Source of the DNA: Polyangiaceae bacterium
GTDB taxonomy: Bacteria; Myxococcota_A; Polyangia; Polyangiales; Polyangiaceae
Length of the DNA: 64,000 nucleotides
Direction of reading: 5' to 3'
Assembly (NCBI GenBank): GCA_046351415.1
Contig: JAXLYO010000010.1
Location: 217,234 to 281,233 of the forward strand
Part shown: in pieces, positions 55,598 through 64,000 of the stretch
Position numbering within the stretch: position 1 is the stretch's first letter
Layout: every line of letters starts with the position of its first letter
Program-made: the position numbers and the translations under genes
Notes under the pieces: generated by a model
What the model was told of the DNA's origin: nothing
Databases searched by the model: none
What the model saw: only the letters and a program-made list of their open reading frames with translations

Positions 55598-56400
55598 ACG
55601 ACACCGCCAAGTTGGTGAACGAGGTTCTGCCGGTCGTTCTCGAGACCGTGAAGCGCGCCGACGCGGTGCTCATGCGAGGCTATCGCACGCGCCCGCGGGC
55701 CGATCGAAAGGGCGAGATCGATTTCGTGACCGAGTTCGACAAGGAAAGCGAAGCCGTCCTTGCGGCGGGCCTCGGATCGCTCGGCTATGCGATGGTCCTC
55801 GAGGAGCGCGGAGGTACACCGCGCGAAGCGACGCTGTTCGTGGACCCGCTCGACGGCACGACGAACTTCCTCCACGGTCACCCGTTCTTCTGTGTTTCGG
55901 TGGGGCTCCTCGAGGGCGATACGCCCCGGCTCGGGGTCGTGAGCGCCCCCGCACTCGGCGTCACATGGGTAGGGATCCCGGGAACCGGAGGTATGGCGAC
56001 GCGCAACGGCGAGCCGTGCATCGTCAGTCAAACCGATTCCCTGAACGACTCGCTCCTCGCGACGGGCTTCCCATACGATCGGCGCACGAGCCCGCAGAAC
56101 AACTTTCGCGAGTACATCCACATGAAGGCGCGTACGCGCGGCGTGAGACGCTGCGGCTCTGCGGCGATCGACTTGTGTCTCGTCGCCGACGGAACGTACG
56201 ATGGCTACTGGGAGAGCAAACTCAACCCGTGGGACCTCGTCGGCGGCAGTGCCGTCGTGCTCGCAGCGGGTGGGCGCATCAGCGCCTTCGACGGAAGCCC
56301 GGCGAAGCTTCGCGAAGGAGCGGTGCTCGCCACGAACGGTCCTCTCCACGAAGTGCTGGTGAACGAGCTTCCCAAAGCGGTGTCGTTTCCAACCTTTTGA
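55594..56400 (+). CDS. inositol monophosphatase family protein (SuhB-like)
   Basis: VDPLDGTTNFLHG and WDLVGGSAVV motifs; GTGA overlap with mpl. Confidence 0.85.
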   Translation: MNDTAKLVNEVLPVVLETVKRADAVLMRGYRTRPRADRKGEIDFVTEFDKESEAVLAAGLGSLGYAMVLEERGGTPREATLFVDPLDGTTNFLHGHPFFCVSVGLLEGDTPRLGVVSAPALGVTWVGIPGTGGMATRNGEPCIVSQTDSLNDSLLATGFPYDRRTSPQNNFREYIHMKARTRGVRRCGSAAIDLCLVADGTYDGYWESKLNPWDLVGGSAVVLAAGGRISAFDGSPAKLREGAVLATNGPLHEVLVNELPKAVSFPTF

Positions 56401-56415
56401 CGAGCCGACAAGCGT

Positions 56416-59400
56416 TCAAGCCTTGTCGCGGGCGCGGGCGCAATCGTCCTCGACGAGACGAATACCGGCTTCCCGCGCCAAAACGGCGAGCTTCTCGAAC
56501 TCGCCTCGAGAAGCCTCGGGTGCACCGCGACGCGCGAACAGAAGCGCCATGAGCCAATGCCCGGAGATGCGGTCGCTCGTGTAATCGTTGTCGCGCGCGA
56601 ACTCGATGCCTTCGCGAATGCGAGCGTCTGCTTCACGATCGCCGGCGACGGCATCGAGGAACGCGCTGAAGCTGCGGCTCTGCATCGAGAGCCGCTCGTC
56701 GCCGACTTCCTCGCTGAGCGCAGTCGCTTGCTGGAGCGCACCGTATGCACGCGGGAGATCGTTCTGGCGGATGAAGAGCTCACCCAAGAGCTGCAAAATC
56801 TCAGCGACGACGCGCGTGAGGCCCAAGTTTCGCGACTGTTCGAGTCCGACCTCGGCCGCGGCAGCAGCAGCACGGAAGTCACCGCTCAAGTATTCGACGA
56901 TGGCGCTCACCTTCTGCCGTTCGCAGCGGAGGAGGTCGTCTTTCATCGAACCCTCGGATTGGTGGAGGAGCGACAGCGCAGCGGCCTTCTGGCCGAGGGC
57001 CGCCGCCGTGCGTGCGCGATCGAGGAGCAGGAGACCAGACGTGAGCTCCGTACCGTCCCCCTCTTTTGCAAGGCGCTCGAAGAGCGATTCGGCGCGCTTG
57101 TAGTCGCCTTTCCTCGCAGCGAGCTGCGCTGCCGCAGCGAGAACGGAGCCGAGCGCACGAGGGTCACCGGACGCGATTTGCTCTGCGGTGGTGAACTGCG
57201 CGCGAGCGAGGTCGAACTGGTTTGCGGCAGCGAGCACGTGGCCCGCATCGACCCGCACACCGACGCGGAAGGCGAGGTCCGGAAGGGCATCTGCGCGAGA
57301 GATGACGCGTTCGCAGAGGATGGTCGCATCAGAGGAGACGCGAGAGGCACGGGCCGCAGAGGCGAGACCATGAAGCCATCGTCCGAGGTCGCGAACGTCC
57401 TGCTCCGTTCCCTCGGCCAAGCTGAGTGCGCGCGCGAAGTCACGTGCTGCGGCGTCGAGCTGGCGAATGGCCAGGCGACGTTCCGCGCTGCGAGCGAAGT
57501 ATTGCGCCGCCCTGCGCAAGTCGCCGGCTTCGTAGAGATGCGCCGCAATTTGGCCGGCTTGGTCGACGTTCTGGCCGAAGAGCGCAACCAACGACTCACC
57601 CGCAATACGATGCAGTTCTCGCGCATGTGGCGCCGGAATCGCGTCGAGCACGATGTCCCTGACGATCGGCGAGCGGAAACGCCACTCGGTAGCACCACTG
57701 GCGACGAAGAATTCGCGTTCCGAGAGGCGAAGAAGCGAGCGCTCGATCTCCGGAAGCGCCTTGTCGCGAACGCGCGCGAGAAGCTCGAGGGACTGCGGGT
57801 CGCCCAAGACGGACGCGGCTTCGAGGACCGCGCGATCGTCGGCTTCGAGTTGGAGCACACGCGACGAAACGAGGCCGCGGAGCGTCTTCGGCAGCGCGAG
57901 GTCTTGTCCGACGAGCTGCATGGAGACGACGGCCCCCTCTGCCACGGTGATGGCGCGGGCCTGCAAGAGGCCCTTCAATACTTCCTCGACGAACAGCGGA
58001 TGGCCGCCCGCACGCTCGAGAACAAACGACAAGACTTCCTTTGGCACGCGCTCGACACCGAGACGAACAGCGATGAGTCGCTCGGCGTCTTCCTTCGACA
58101 AGTCCGACAGCGAAAGGGAGACATGTGACGAGAAGCGCTCGAGCGCATGCGAAAAGCCCGAGCGCCCGACAAACGCGAACACGGCCCGCACGTTGGGTTG
58201 GCGCCCGAACGCGGCCTCGAGGACTGCGCCCGACTCTTCGTCCATCCAGTGCGCTGCGTCCCACGCGAAGACGTGGGGCTGGTCTTCGCAAAGACTCGAC
58301 ACGATGCGGGCAAACGCGTCGCGAAGGACGCGCGACAAGTCGCCCACGGGCGCCGTCAACGAACCGCCCAAAAGCCCCAACGTAGCCGCCACTTCGTCGT
58401 CTTGGAGGCCGAGCGCACGGAGCCGGGGCTGAACCTCCGATGTGCGCGGGACTTCGCCCTCGGCGATACCACACAAAACATGCAACATGCACACGATGCC
58501 CGAGTACGGGATCTCGCGACCGCGCGGCGGGCAGGCGGCCATGTAGAAACCGACGGCGTAGTTGCCTTTTCGAATGCGGCGTTCGACCTCGACGAGCAGA
58601 CGCGTTTTGCCGACGCCGTTTTCTCCGCGAATCGTCAGCACGCGCGCAGAACGCTTGGTGGCGAGCGCCAGCACTTCGCCCACTTTGCGAAGCTCGTCGC
58701 GGCGCCCGACGAAACGCCCGAACGCACTCGCGAGGGGGCGTGCTGCGCGGACGATGGCGCTCTCGCGCATGTTGGGGACTTCTTCGACGTCGAAGAGACT
58801 GCGGACCGCGCGGAGCGCTGCAAGGGATACATTGCAAACACCGGTACGCTCGCGCGCGAGTTCACGGGCGCGGTCGACGAGAGCCCGTAGCTGCTCGTCC
58901 TCCTGTACGTCGCCACCACGCTGTACGTGGACGCGGGCGCAGTGCACGCCGGCACTCGGCCGCTCGTCTCCGGAGAGCTTTCGCGCTGCAGCGAGCGCGC
59001 AACGAATGGCTGTTTCCGTGTCGTGTCCGTCGGGGTCGGTGAGGCCAAAAAGCGCGACGACCTGCGCAGCCTCTTTTACGGCAATCTTGGCGCCGTACCG
59101 CGAGAGCATCGCTTCGGCGGCTTCGATCAAGCTCTCTTCGCGCGAAGGCAGAAGCAGGGCCAGCGCCGTGACTTCCAGCTGAGCAGGCGCGTCGGGAAGC
59201 GGTTCGACCGGGCGATCGGAGACCGTCGCCGACAGTTCGGAAACGGGCAGCGGCGTACGCACTTCGACCTCGCCGTCCGCGAGCTCGATCTCCGGAGCTT
59301 GGTCGCGCGAGCGAAACCGTGAGAGCGCCTGCGCGAGGTCGTGGGACGAGTAGCGGAAGCCGTGGCCGTAGATGAAGGCGAGAAGCGACTCGTGCATGCG

Positions 59401-60285
59401 GCCCGCATCCGGGAAGCGCGCCGAAGGATCTTTCGCGAGGGCAGTCTTCACGATGTGAACGAGGTCTTGAGGCACGTCCGGACGAAGGAGCTCAAGCGGC
59501 GGGTATTCGCACTCTTGGACGCGACGCATGGTCTCGAACGTAGAAGGCGCTGCAAACGGACTCACCCCGGTGACGCATTCGTAGAGGACGACACCGAGCG
59601 AGAAGATGTCGGTCGAAGCTTCGACGCGATCGCCACGTGCCTGTTCGGGACTCATGTACGCGTACTTGCCGAGAAGCTTGCGCGACTTCGTGTCTTCGAG
59701 GTTGTCGTCGAAGACCCCACGCGCTTTGGCGATGCCGAAGTCGGTCACCTTCACTTCGCCCTCGAGGGAGAGGAGCACGTTCTGCGGCGAGACGTCGCGA
59801 TGCACGATGTTCAGCGGACGCGCCTGTTCGTCACGCCTTCGGTGGGCATAATCGAGGCCCTTGGCCACCTCGGCCACGAGGAACGCACACATCGGAAGCG
59901 GAAGCGGCTCGGACGCTCGTCGCATGCGGGCGAGGAGCGTCGAGAGATCGAAGCCGTGCACGTACTCCATGGCCATGTAGTACGCGTCGCGCGGTTTTTC
60001 CGAAGGGGGCGAGCTCCCCGACGGGCGCAGGGAAGGAGCCGCCGGGGCGATGCCGAGGTCGAACACCTGCACGATGTTCGCGTGAGAAAGGCGCACGGCG
60101 AGCTTCGCTTCGTGGATGAACATCTCTACGAAGTTCTGGCTCTCCGCGAGCTCTGGCAAAATGCGCTTGATGACGACGACTTTTTCGAAGCCTTCGACGC
60201 CATAGCTTTTCGCCTTGAATACCTCCGCCATGCCTCCTTGTCCGAGGCGTTCGAGAAGTCGATATCGGCCGAAAGTCGAGTGCAC
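56416..60285 (-). CDS. Ser/Thr protein kinase fused to an AAA/STAND ATPase and TPR-like repeats (1289 aa)
   Basis: GQGGMAEVFKA, HRDVSPQNVLL, DFGIAKA and SPEQ motifs. P-loop GENGVGKTRLL follows around residue 560, then a long helical repeat region. Confidence 0.9.
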   Translation of the reverse strand: MHSTFGRYRLLERLGQGGMAEVFKAKSYGVEGFEKVVVIKRILPELAESQNFVEMFIHEAKLAVRLSHANIVQVFDLGIAPAAPSLRPSGSSPPSEKPRDAYYMAMEYVHGFDLSTLLARMRRASEPLPLPMCAFLVAEVAKGLDYAHRRRDEQARPLNIVHRDVSPQNVLLSLEGEVKVTDFGIAKARGVFDDNLEDTKSRKLLGKYAYMSPEQARGDRVEASTDIFSLGVVLYECVTGVSPFAAPSTFETMRRVQECEYPPLELLRPDVPQDLVHIVKTALAKDPSARFPDAGRMHESLLAFIYGHGFRYSSHDLAQALSRFRSRDQAPEIELADGEVEVRTPLPVSELSATVSDRPVEPLPDAPAQLEVTALALLLPSREESLIEAAEAMLSRYGAKIAVKEAAQVVALFGLTDPDGHDTETAIRCALAAARKLSGDERPSAGVHCARVHVQRGGDVQEDEQLRALVDRARELARERTGVCNVSLAALRAVRSLFDVEEVPNMRESAIVRAARPLASAFGRFVGRRDELRKVGEVLALATKRSARVLTIRGENGVGKTRLLVEVERRIRKGNYAVGFYMAACPPRGREIPYSGIVCMLHVLCGIAEGEVPRTSEVQPRLRALGLQDDEVAATLGLLGGSLTAPVGDLSRVLRDAFARIVSSLCEDQPHVFAWDAAHWMDEESGAVLEAAFGRQPNVRAVFAFVGRSGFSHALERFSSHVSLSLSDLSKEDAERLIAVRLGVERVPKEVLSFVLERAGGHPLFVEEVLKGLLQARAITVAEGAVVSMQLVGQDLALPKTLRGLVSSRVLQLEADDRAVLEAASVLGDPQSLELLARVRDKALPEIERSLLRLSEREFFVASGATEWRFRSPIVRDIVLDAIPAPHARELHRIAGESLVALFGQNVDQAGQIAAHLYEAGDLRRAAQYFARSAERRLAIRQLDAAARDFARALSLAEGTEQDVRDLGRWLHGLASAARASRVSSDATILCERVISRADALPDLAFRVGVRVDAGHVLAAANQFDLARAQFTTAEQIASGDPRALGSVLAAAAQLAARKGDYKRAESLFERLAKEGDGTELTSGLLLLDRARTAAALGQKAAALSLLHQSEGSMKDDLLRCERQKVSAIVEYLSGDFRAAAAAAEVGLEQSRNLGLTRVVAEILQLLGELFIRQNDLPRAYGALQQATALSEEVGDERLSMQSRSFSAFLDAVAGDREADARIREGIEFARDNDYTSDRISGHWLMALLFARRGAPEASRGEFEKLAVLAREAGIRLVEDDCARARDKA

Positions 60286-60303
60286 CGCAGCGGGAACGAT
60301 AGA

Positions 60304-62739
60304 CTAACGCCGCCTCGTGAGCCACACCGGATTGGAGAACGCGATCGGCTTGATGGGCGTCGCTGGTAGGTAGGTCTCGAGCGTCTTGTCGCCTCGTGCA
60401 ACGACCACCACGAAAGTGTCCTTTTCGATGGGGGGAAGCGCCACCATTTGGTCGAAGCGCACCGTGCGGGCCTGTACTTCTTCGATCGACCCCACCTCCG
60501 GGCCGACCGACAGCTCCCGACGAGTAACCGGAAAGTCGCGAAGGTGCTTTCCGCCCAAGAAGACCTCCACCGAGGTCACGTCGATCCAAGGGGCGGCCCG
60601 GACGACGACGTGGGCACTCACTTCACCACCTTCGACGACCGCTTCCTCACCCGGGCCGGCGCCGAGCACACTCACCTCGAGGATGGGTCCGGCGCTCGCC
60701 GTCGCGCGCCCGCGCTTCAACGCTTTCACGACCGACAGCGGGTCCGGCAAACTCGTCTCCGAGGCCACGGCTGCGCCTGGGTCGAGGTGTACGTACGTGC
60801 GCGGATAGCCGGCCCACCCGAAGAGGATGCGGTGCGAGTCGCTGCTTCCCGTTCCGACGTAGCGCCGCCCCTGCGCGAGCAGGCCAAGATAGTCGACGAG
60901 GTTTCTTTCGGGGATCTTCGGGTCCGTCAATTCGAACCCGTTCAAGACTTCGATGGCATCGAAGTCCATGCGCGTTCGGCCCTCGCGCCTGCCACTCTTC
61001 GGGTCGAGGTGCATGACGTCGAAATAGCCAATCTGCTTTCCCATGCGCGGGTGGTTCACCTGGACGATGCGGTTCGGATCACCGTCGCGCCGCGAAAAGG
61101 TGAAGATCGAACCGGGCGTCGTCTTTCGAAACGGCGGGACTTGCGCATCGACCGGGTACGGGAAGACACCAAAGTGTCCGAAGCGTGGGGAGAACGTGGT
61201 GACCTCGACACCGGGCACCGAGGATAGGCGAAGCCCCGTTCCTCGAAGTGCCGCGTCGTAGCTCCCAACGATGTTGTGCTCCGTAGGAACCGCAAACTCG
61301 ACGCCCGCTGCCACGAGTGAGAGCACGCGATCTTCTGCAGACACGGGGGAGTCGAAACTGGGCCTCGCATGAACGTGCAAGTCGCACCCGACCCAGCCAG
61401 GCGTGGGCACCACGCGACGCGGAGAGAGCGTCACCGTCGCACTTCGGCCCGAGGGAATCTCCACCTCGGTCATGTCGATCGAGTACTCGATGCCGCGACT
61501 CGCGAGGACCCGGTATTTGCCCGCAGGAATCGGCGTCGTGAATTCGCCGCGAAGCGTGTCCACGATGGGCCCGGCGCCCGTTGCGCGAAAGTCCGGACCG
61601 AAGTTCGGGTCGACGCTTCCTCCGATACCTCGAACGATGAGGCGCGCCGTGAGAGGCTCCTTCGTGTCTCCGTCGAGGACGCGAACGCTCAGTGTACCGC
61701 CCGGAGAGATGTCGAGCCTGAGGTCCTTCGGATGATCGAAGTCGAACCGCACCGACTCACTCGTGCGTGAGTTATCGAGCGTCGCGTACCATTCTCGAAT
61801 GGCACGCGTTGCCGGCAGGGAAAATGCACCGCCCGGCGCCGTGTTGACGCGCAGAACGGGCTGTCCCTCGTCACCGAGCGCCACCACCGTGGCCACACCT
61901 GGAAGTCCCGTCACTTGACCTCGCACCGTGACGGTCTCATCGCCGGTCGCGTGGAAAGCACTCTCCCAGATCGCGCCCGTCAATTTCCCCGCGAGGAGCG
62001 AGAGGTGCGGCGGACCAGCGGCGCGCGTGGTCACGACGATGCGATCACCCGTTCCCTCCGACGGCTCGGGGAAGATGCGCTCGTTCTGCAAGGCATCTTT
62101 CGAGGCGAGCACGAGCGCGTAAGCGGCCGGCTCCGGCGACGCAGTCGGAGAGGGCGCAGCTTCTCGCCATCGCGACTGCTCGAGCGAAAGAATGTGACCT
62201 TCGACGGCACCTGGTTCACCAATGACGCCGAAGCCCGAGAGAAACGGCTGGGCGCCCTCGAGGGTCGCTTCGATGCGAAGCTCCCGCTTGTCGGCGTCCG
62301 TCCCGAGAAGCTCGAATTGCAGAACGCCCGTGAGTGGAGAAAACGCAAGCTCGAGGGCGAGGTCCGTCTCCGCCGCCTCGTTGTCGGTCACCAAGCCGAC
62401 ACGAACTCGATTGCCGTCGATGATCGGTTCGTGCCCATGTGTCATGAGCGGACGCGCTTCACTCTCGGAGACGAGCGAGAGCGCAAGGTCTCGCGATGCC
62501 TGCCCTCCAGCGTAGGTCACGTGCATGAGACCCGTCGACAGAGAGAACGTGTATGTTACATCTTTGGTGGCAAACTGGAGCTTGGACCCGTCGTAGACGC
62601 CCGTGCGTGCCGGTCGGGACGCGTTCCGCGAAATCTTCCAAAGGCCCACGCTCGTCACGACGAGTGCCACGACAAAGAAGAGGTGCGGCGCATAACGCCG
62701 AAGAAGGACGCTTACGCGCGAACGAGGCAGCTCGTTCAT
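60304..62739 (-). CDS. membrane-anchored protein with PHP/CehA-like metallohydrolase domain (811 aa)
   Basis: N-terminal [34 protein letters not shown]...AVPTEHN...GTGSSDSH resembles PHP-type His/Asp metal ligands. ATGA overlap with tsaE. Confidence 0.65.
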   Translation of the reverse strand: MNELPRSRVSVLLRRYAPHLFFVVALVVTSVGLWKISRNASRPARTGVYDGSKLQFATKDVTYTFSLSTGLMHVTYAGGQASRDLALSLVSESEARPLMTHGHEPIIDGNRVRVGLVTDNEAAETDLALELAFSPLTGVLQFELLGTDADKRELRIEATLEGAQPFLSGFGVIGEPGAVEGHILSLEQSRWREAAPSPTASPEPAAYALVLASKDALQNERIFPEPSEGTGDRIVVTTRAAGPPHLSLLAGKLTGAIWESAFHATGDETVTVRGQVTGLPGVATVVALGDEGQPVLRVNTAPGGAFSLPATRAIREWYATLDNSRTSESVRFDFDHPKDLRLDISPGGTLSVRVLDGDTKEPLTARLIVRGIGGSVDPNFGPDFRATGAGPIVDTLRGEFTTPIPAGKYRVLASRGIEYSIDMTEVEIPSGRSATVTLSPRRVVPTPGWVGCDLHVHARPSFDSPVSAEDRVLSLVAAGVEFAVPTEHNIVGSYDAALRGTGLRLSSVPGVEVTTFSPRFGHFGVFPYPVDAQVPPFRKTTPGSIFTFSRRDGDPNRIVQVNHPRMGKQIGYFDVMHLDPKSGRREGRTRMDFDAIEVLNGFELTDPKIPERNLVDYLGLLAQGRRYVGTGSSDSHRILFGWAGYPRTYVHLDPGAAVASETSLPDPLSVVKALKRGRATASAGPILEVSVLGAGPGEEAVVEGGEVSAHVVVRAAPWIDVTSVEVFLGGKHLRDFPVTRRELSVGPEVGSIEEVQARTVRFDQMVALPPIEKDTFVVVVARGDKTLETYLPATPIKPIAFSNPVWLTRRR

Positions 62740-63215
62740 GCCACCACCTCGTCCGTGAGGGGACCGTCGAGCGTCGCCATACGCTCTGCGACAGGGTCGG
62801 TCGATGGGGGCGAGAGCGTCACGAGAAGGTCCGGGTTACCGCCGAGAAATGCCTCCGCCCCTTCGGCCCATTCGACCAGCAAATGCGCGCCTTCGGATCT
62901 ACGCTCACGAAGTCCCAAACGCCCGATCTCGGCGGCGAGATTCCCGTCTTTGGGGAGGCGGTACAGATCGGCATGGAGGAGCCCGTCGTATTCCAAAACG
63001 AGATTGAACGTGGGACTTGGGACGCGATCCCCCTCCGTGACGCCCTCGCCACGGGCGCGCACGATGGCGCGGGCCAAGAAAGTCTTCCCCGCTCCGACCG
63101 GCCCCGATAGAAGCACGAGGGCGCCACTCGGCGACTTCCGATGGGCGAGCGCATTCCAAACGGCCCGTCCCAGTCGGATCGTATGGCGTCGTGTGGGGAG
63201 CGCGATCCTCCGCAT
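62736..63215 (-). CDS. tsaE: tRNA threonylcarbamoyladenosine biosynthesis ATPase TsaE
   Basis: [26 protein letters not shown] and LHADLYRL motifs. Confidence 0.85.
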   Translation of the reverse strand: MRRIALPTRRHTIRLGRAVWNALAHRKSPSGALVLLSGPVGAGKTFLARAIVRARGEGVTEGDRVPSPTFNLVLEYDGLLHADLYRLPKDGNLAAEIGRLGLRERRSEGAHLLVEWAEGAEAFLGGNPDLLVTLSPPSTDPVAERMATLDGPLTDEVVA

Positions 63216-63243
63216 CCTGAGGTCACCGTGCTACCATAAGCCG

Positions 63244-64000
63244 GTGGATAAAGGCGCGTCATCGCGTGGATCGCATGCATCCGTCACGACCGTCGCTCTG
63301 TTCGCGCTGAGCATCGTGTGTGCGCCTCTCGCATGCACGGACTACTCGGGAGCCCCATCCACCGATTCCGGCGAGCCCGAAACAGGCGGTCGTCTACCCT
63401 CGTCGGATTCAGGCCTCTCCGAGGGTGGGGTGGACGCGTCTACGGGCGCAGATGGCCAAACGACCGGCGCCTGCAATCCCGATGCTCCTTTCGGACCGGC
63501 CGTTCCGCTGACCACCCTTTCACCTCCCGCCCAAGGTACCGTCGCTGGCTTTTCGTTCACGGACGACGAGCTCCGCGTGTACTTCGCCCAAGGGGGTGTC
63601 ATCTACACCGCCTCTCGTGCTTCGCGCGCTTCCGACTTCGGTGACTACACGCTGGTGCCGGCTGCCTCCGTAGGCACTCAGGCGCGTCACCCTGCCGTTT
63701 CCAGAGACGGAAAGACCCTCACCTATGCTCTTCGGTCCGGCACCGAAGAGAACCTCGTCATTGCCTCGTTGCCGACACCAGCGACGCTCGACAAGGAGCT
63801 CGCCCTCGCAAACGATTCGGGTCTCTCCATCCGAGCACCTGCGCCTCACCCGACCATGGCGCTCACGCTGCTTGCCATCACAGGTCCGCTCGACGGCCCA
63901 GCGAGCGGTGAGCTCGTGCTGTGGTCTTCCGGACACGTCTCCCCTCTCCTCGCGCCTTCGATCGCCGCGAGCGCACCGGTCTTCGACGCGACGGGAAGCA
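63244..64000 (+). CDS. lipoprotein with PD40/TolB-like repeats, 5' part (runs off the right edge)
   Basis: Hand translation from GTG 63244: VDKGASSRGSHASVTTVALFALSIVCAPLAC..., then FTDDELRVYFA and HPAVSRDGKTLTYAL repeats. The frame stays open to 64000. Start uncertain. Confidence 0.5.
   Translation, partial: MDKGASSRGSHASVTTVALFALSIVCAPLACTDYSGAPSTDSGEPETGGRLPSSDSGLSEGGVDASTGADGQTTGACNPDAPFGPAVPLTTLSPPAQGTVAGFSFTDDELRVYFAQGGVIYTASRASRASDFGDYTLVPAASVGTQARHPAVSRDGKTLTYALRSGTEENLVIASLPTPATLDKELALANDSGLSIRAPAPHPTMALTLLAITGPLDGPASGELVLWSSGHVSPLLAPSIAASAPVFDATGS

Overview
High-GC window with ~55 genes and clear myxobacterial hallmarks: three MYXO-CTERM-type tails, PEGA domains, four eukaryotic-like Ser/Thr kinases and many lipoproteins. 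No transposase, integrase, phage gene or CRISPR array is visible. From 25.7 kb down to 1 almost everything is on the minus strand. That run comprises GH5 hydrolase, beta-barrel-like protein, ECF sigma/anti-sigma, lipoproteins, PP2C phosphatase + kinase, a lipoprotein/protease cluster, then a HlyD + C39-peptidase ABC exporter locus. The right half is mostly ordinary: YihY, NRDE/TANGO2-like, GST, split MacAB-type efflux genes, an MmyB-like regulator, tRNA-Arg(UCG), aminotransferase, glutaredoxin, clpB, mpl, an IMPase, a kinase-STAND protein, a PHP-like hydrolase and tsaE. Main oddities: (1) two >99% identical 1137-bp direct repeats that each cover exactly the mature part of an uncharacterised lipoprotein gene. 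They bracket two diverged PBP-like lipoproteins, a surface-anchored trypsin-like protease and a TPR-PEGA protein, all downstream of a kinase/phosphatase pair. (2) An exporter locus with an atypically long PCAT, no visible GG-leader substrate, a divergent cupin-like gene and a strongly G-depleted intergenic tract. (3) A 63-nt duplication of an FtsX permease 3' end flanking a lower-GC3 lipoprotein gene. (4) A frameshifted lipoprotein gene beside the tRNA. All functions are inferred from motifs read by eye; no database search was run.
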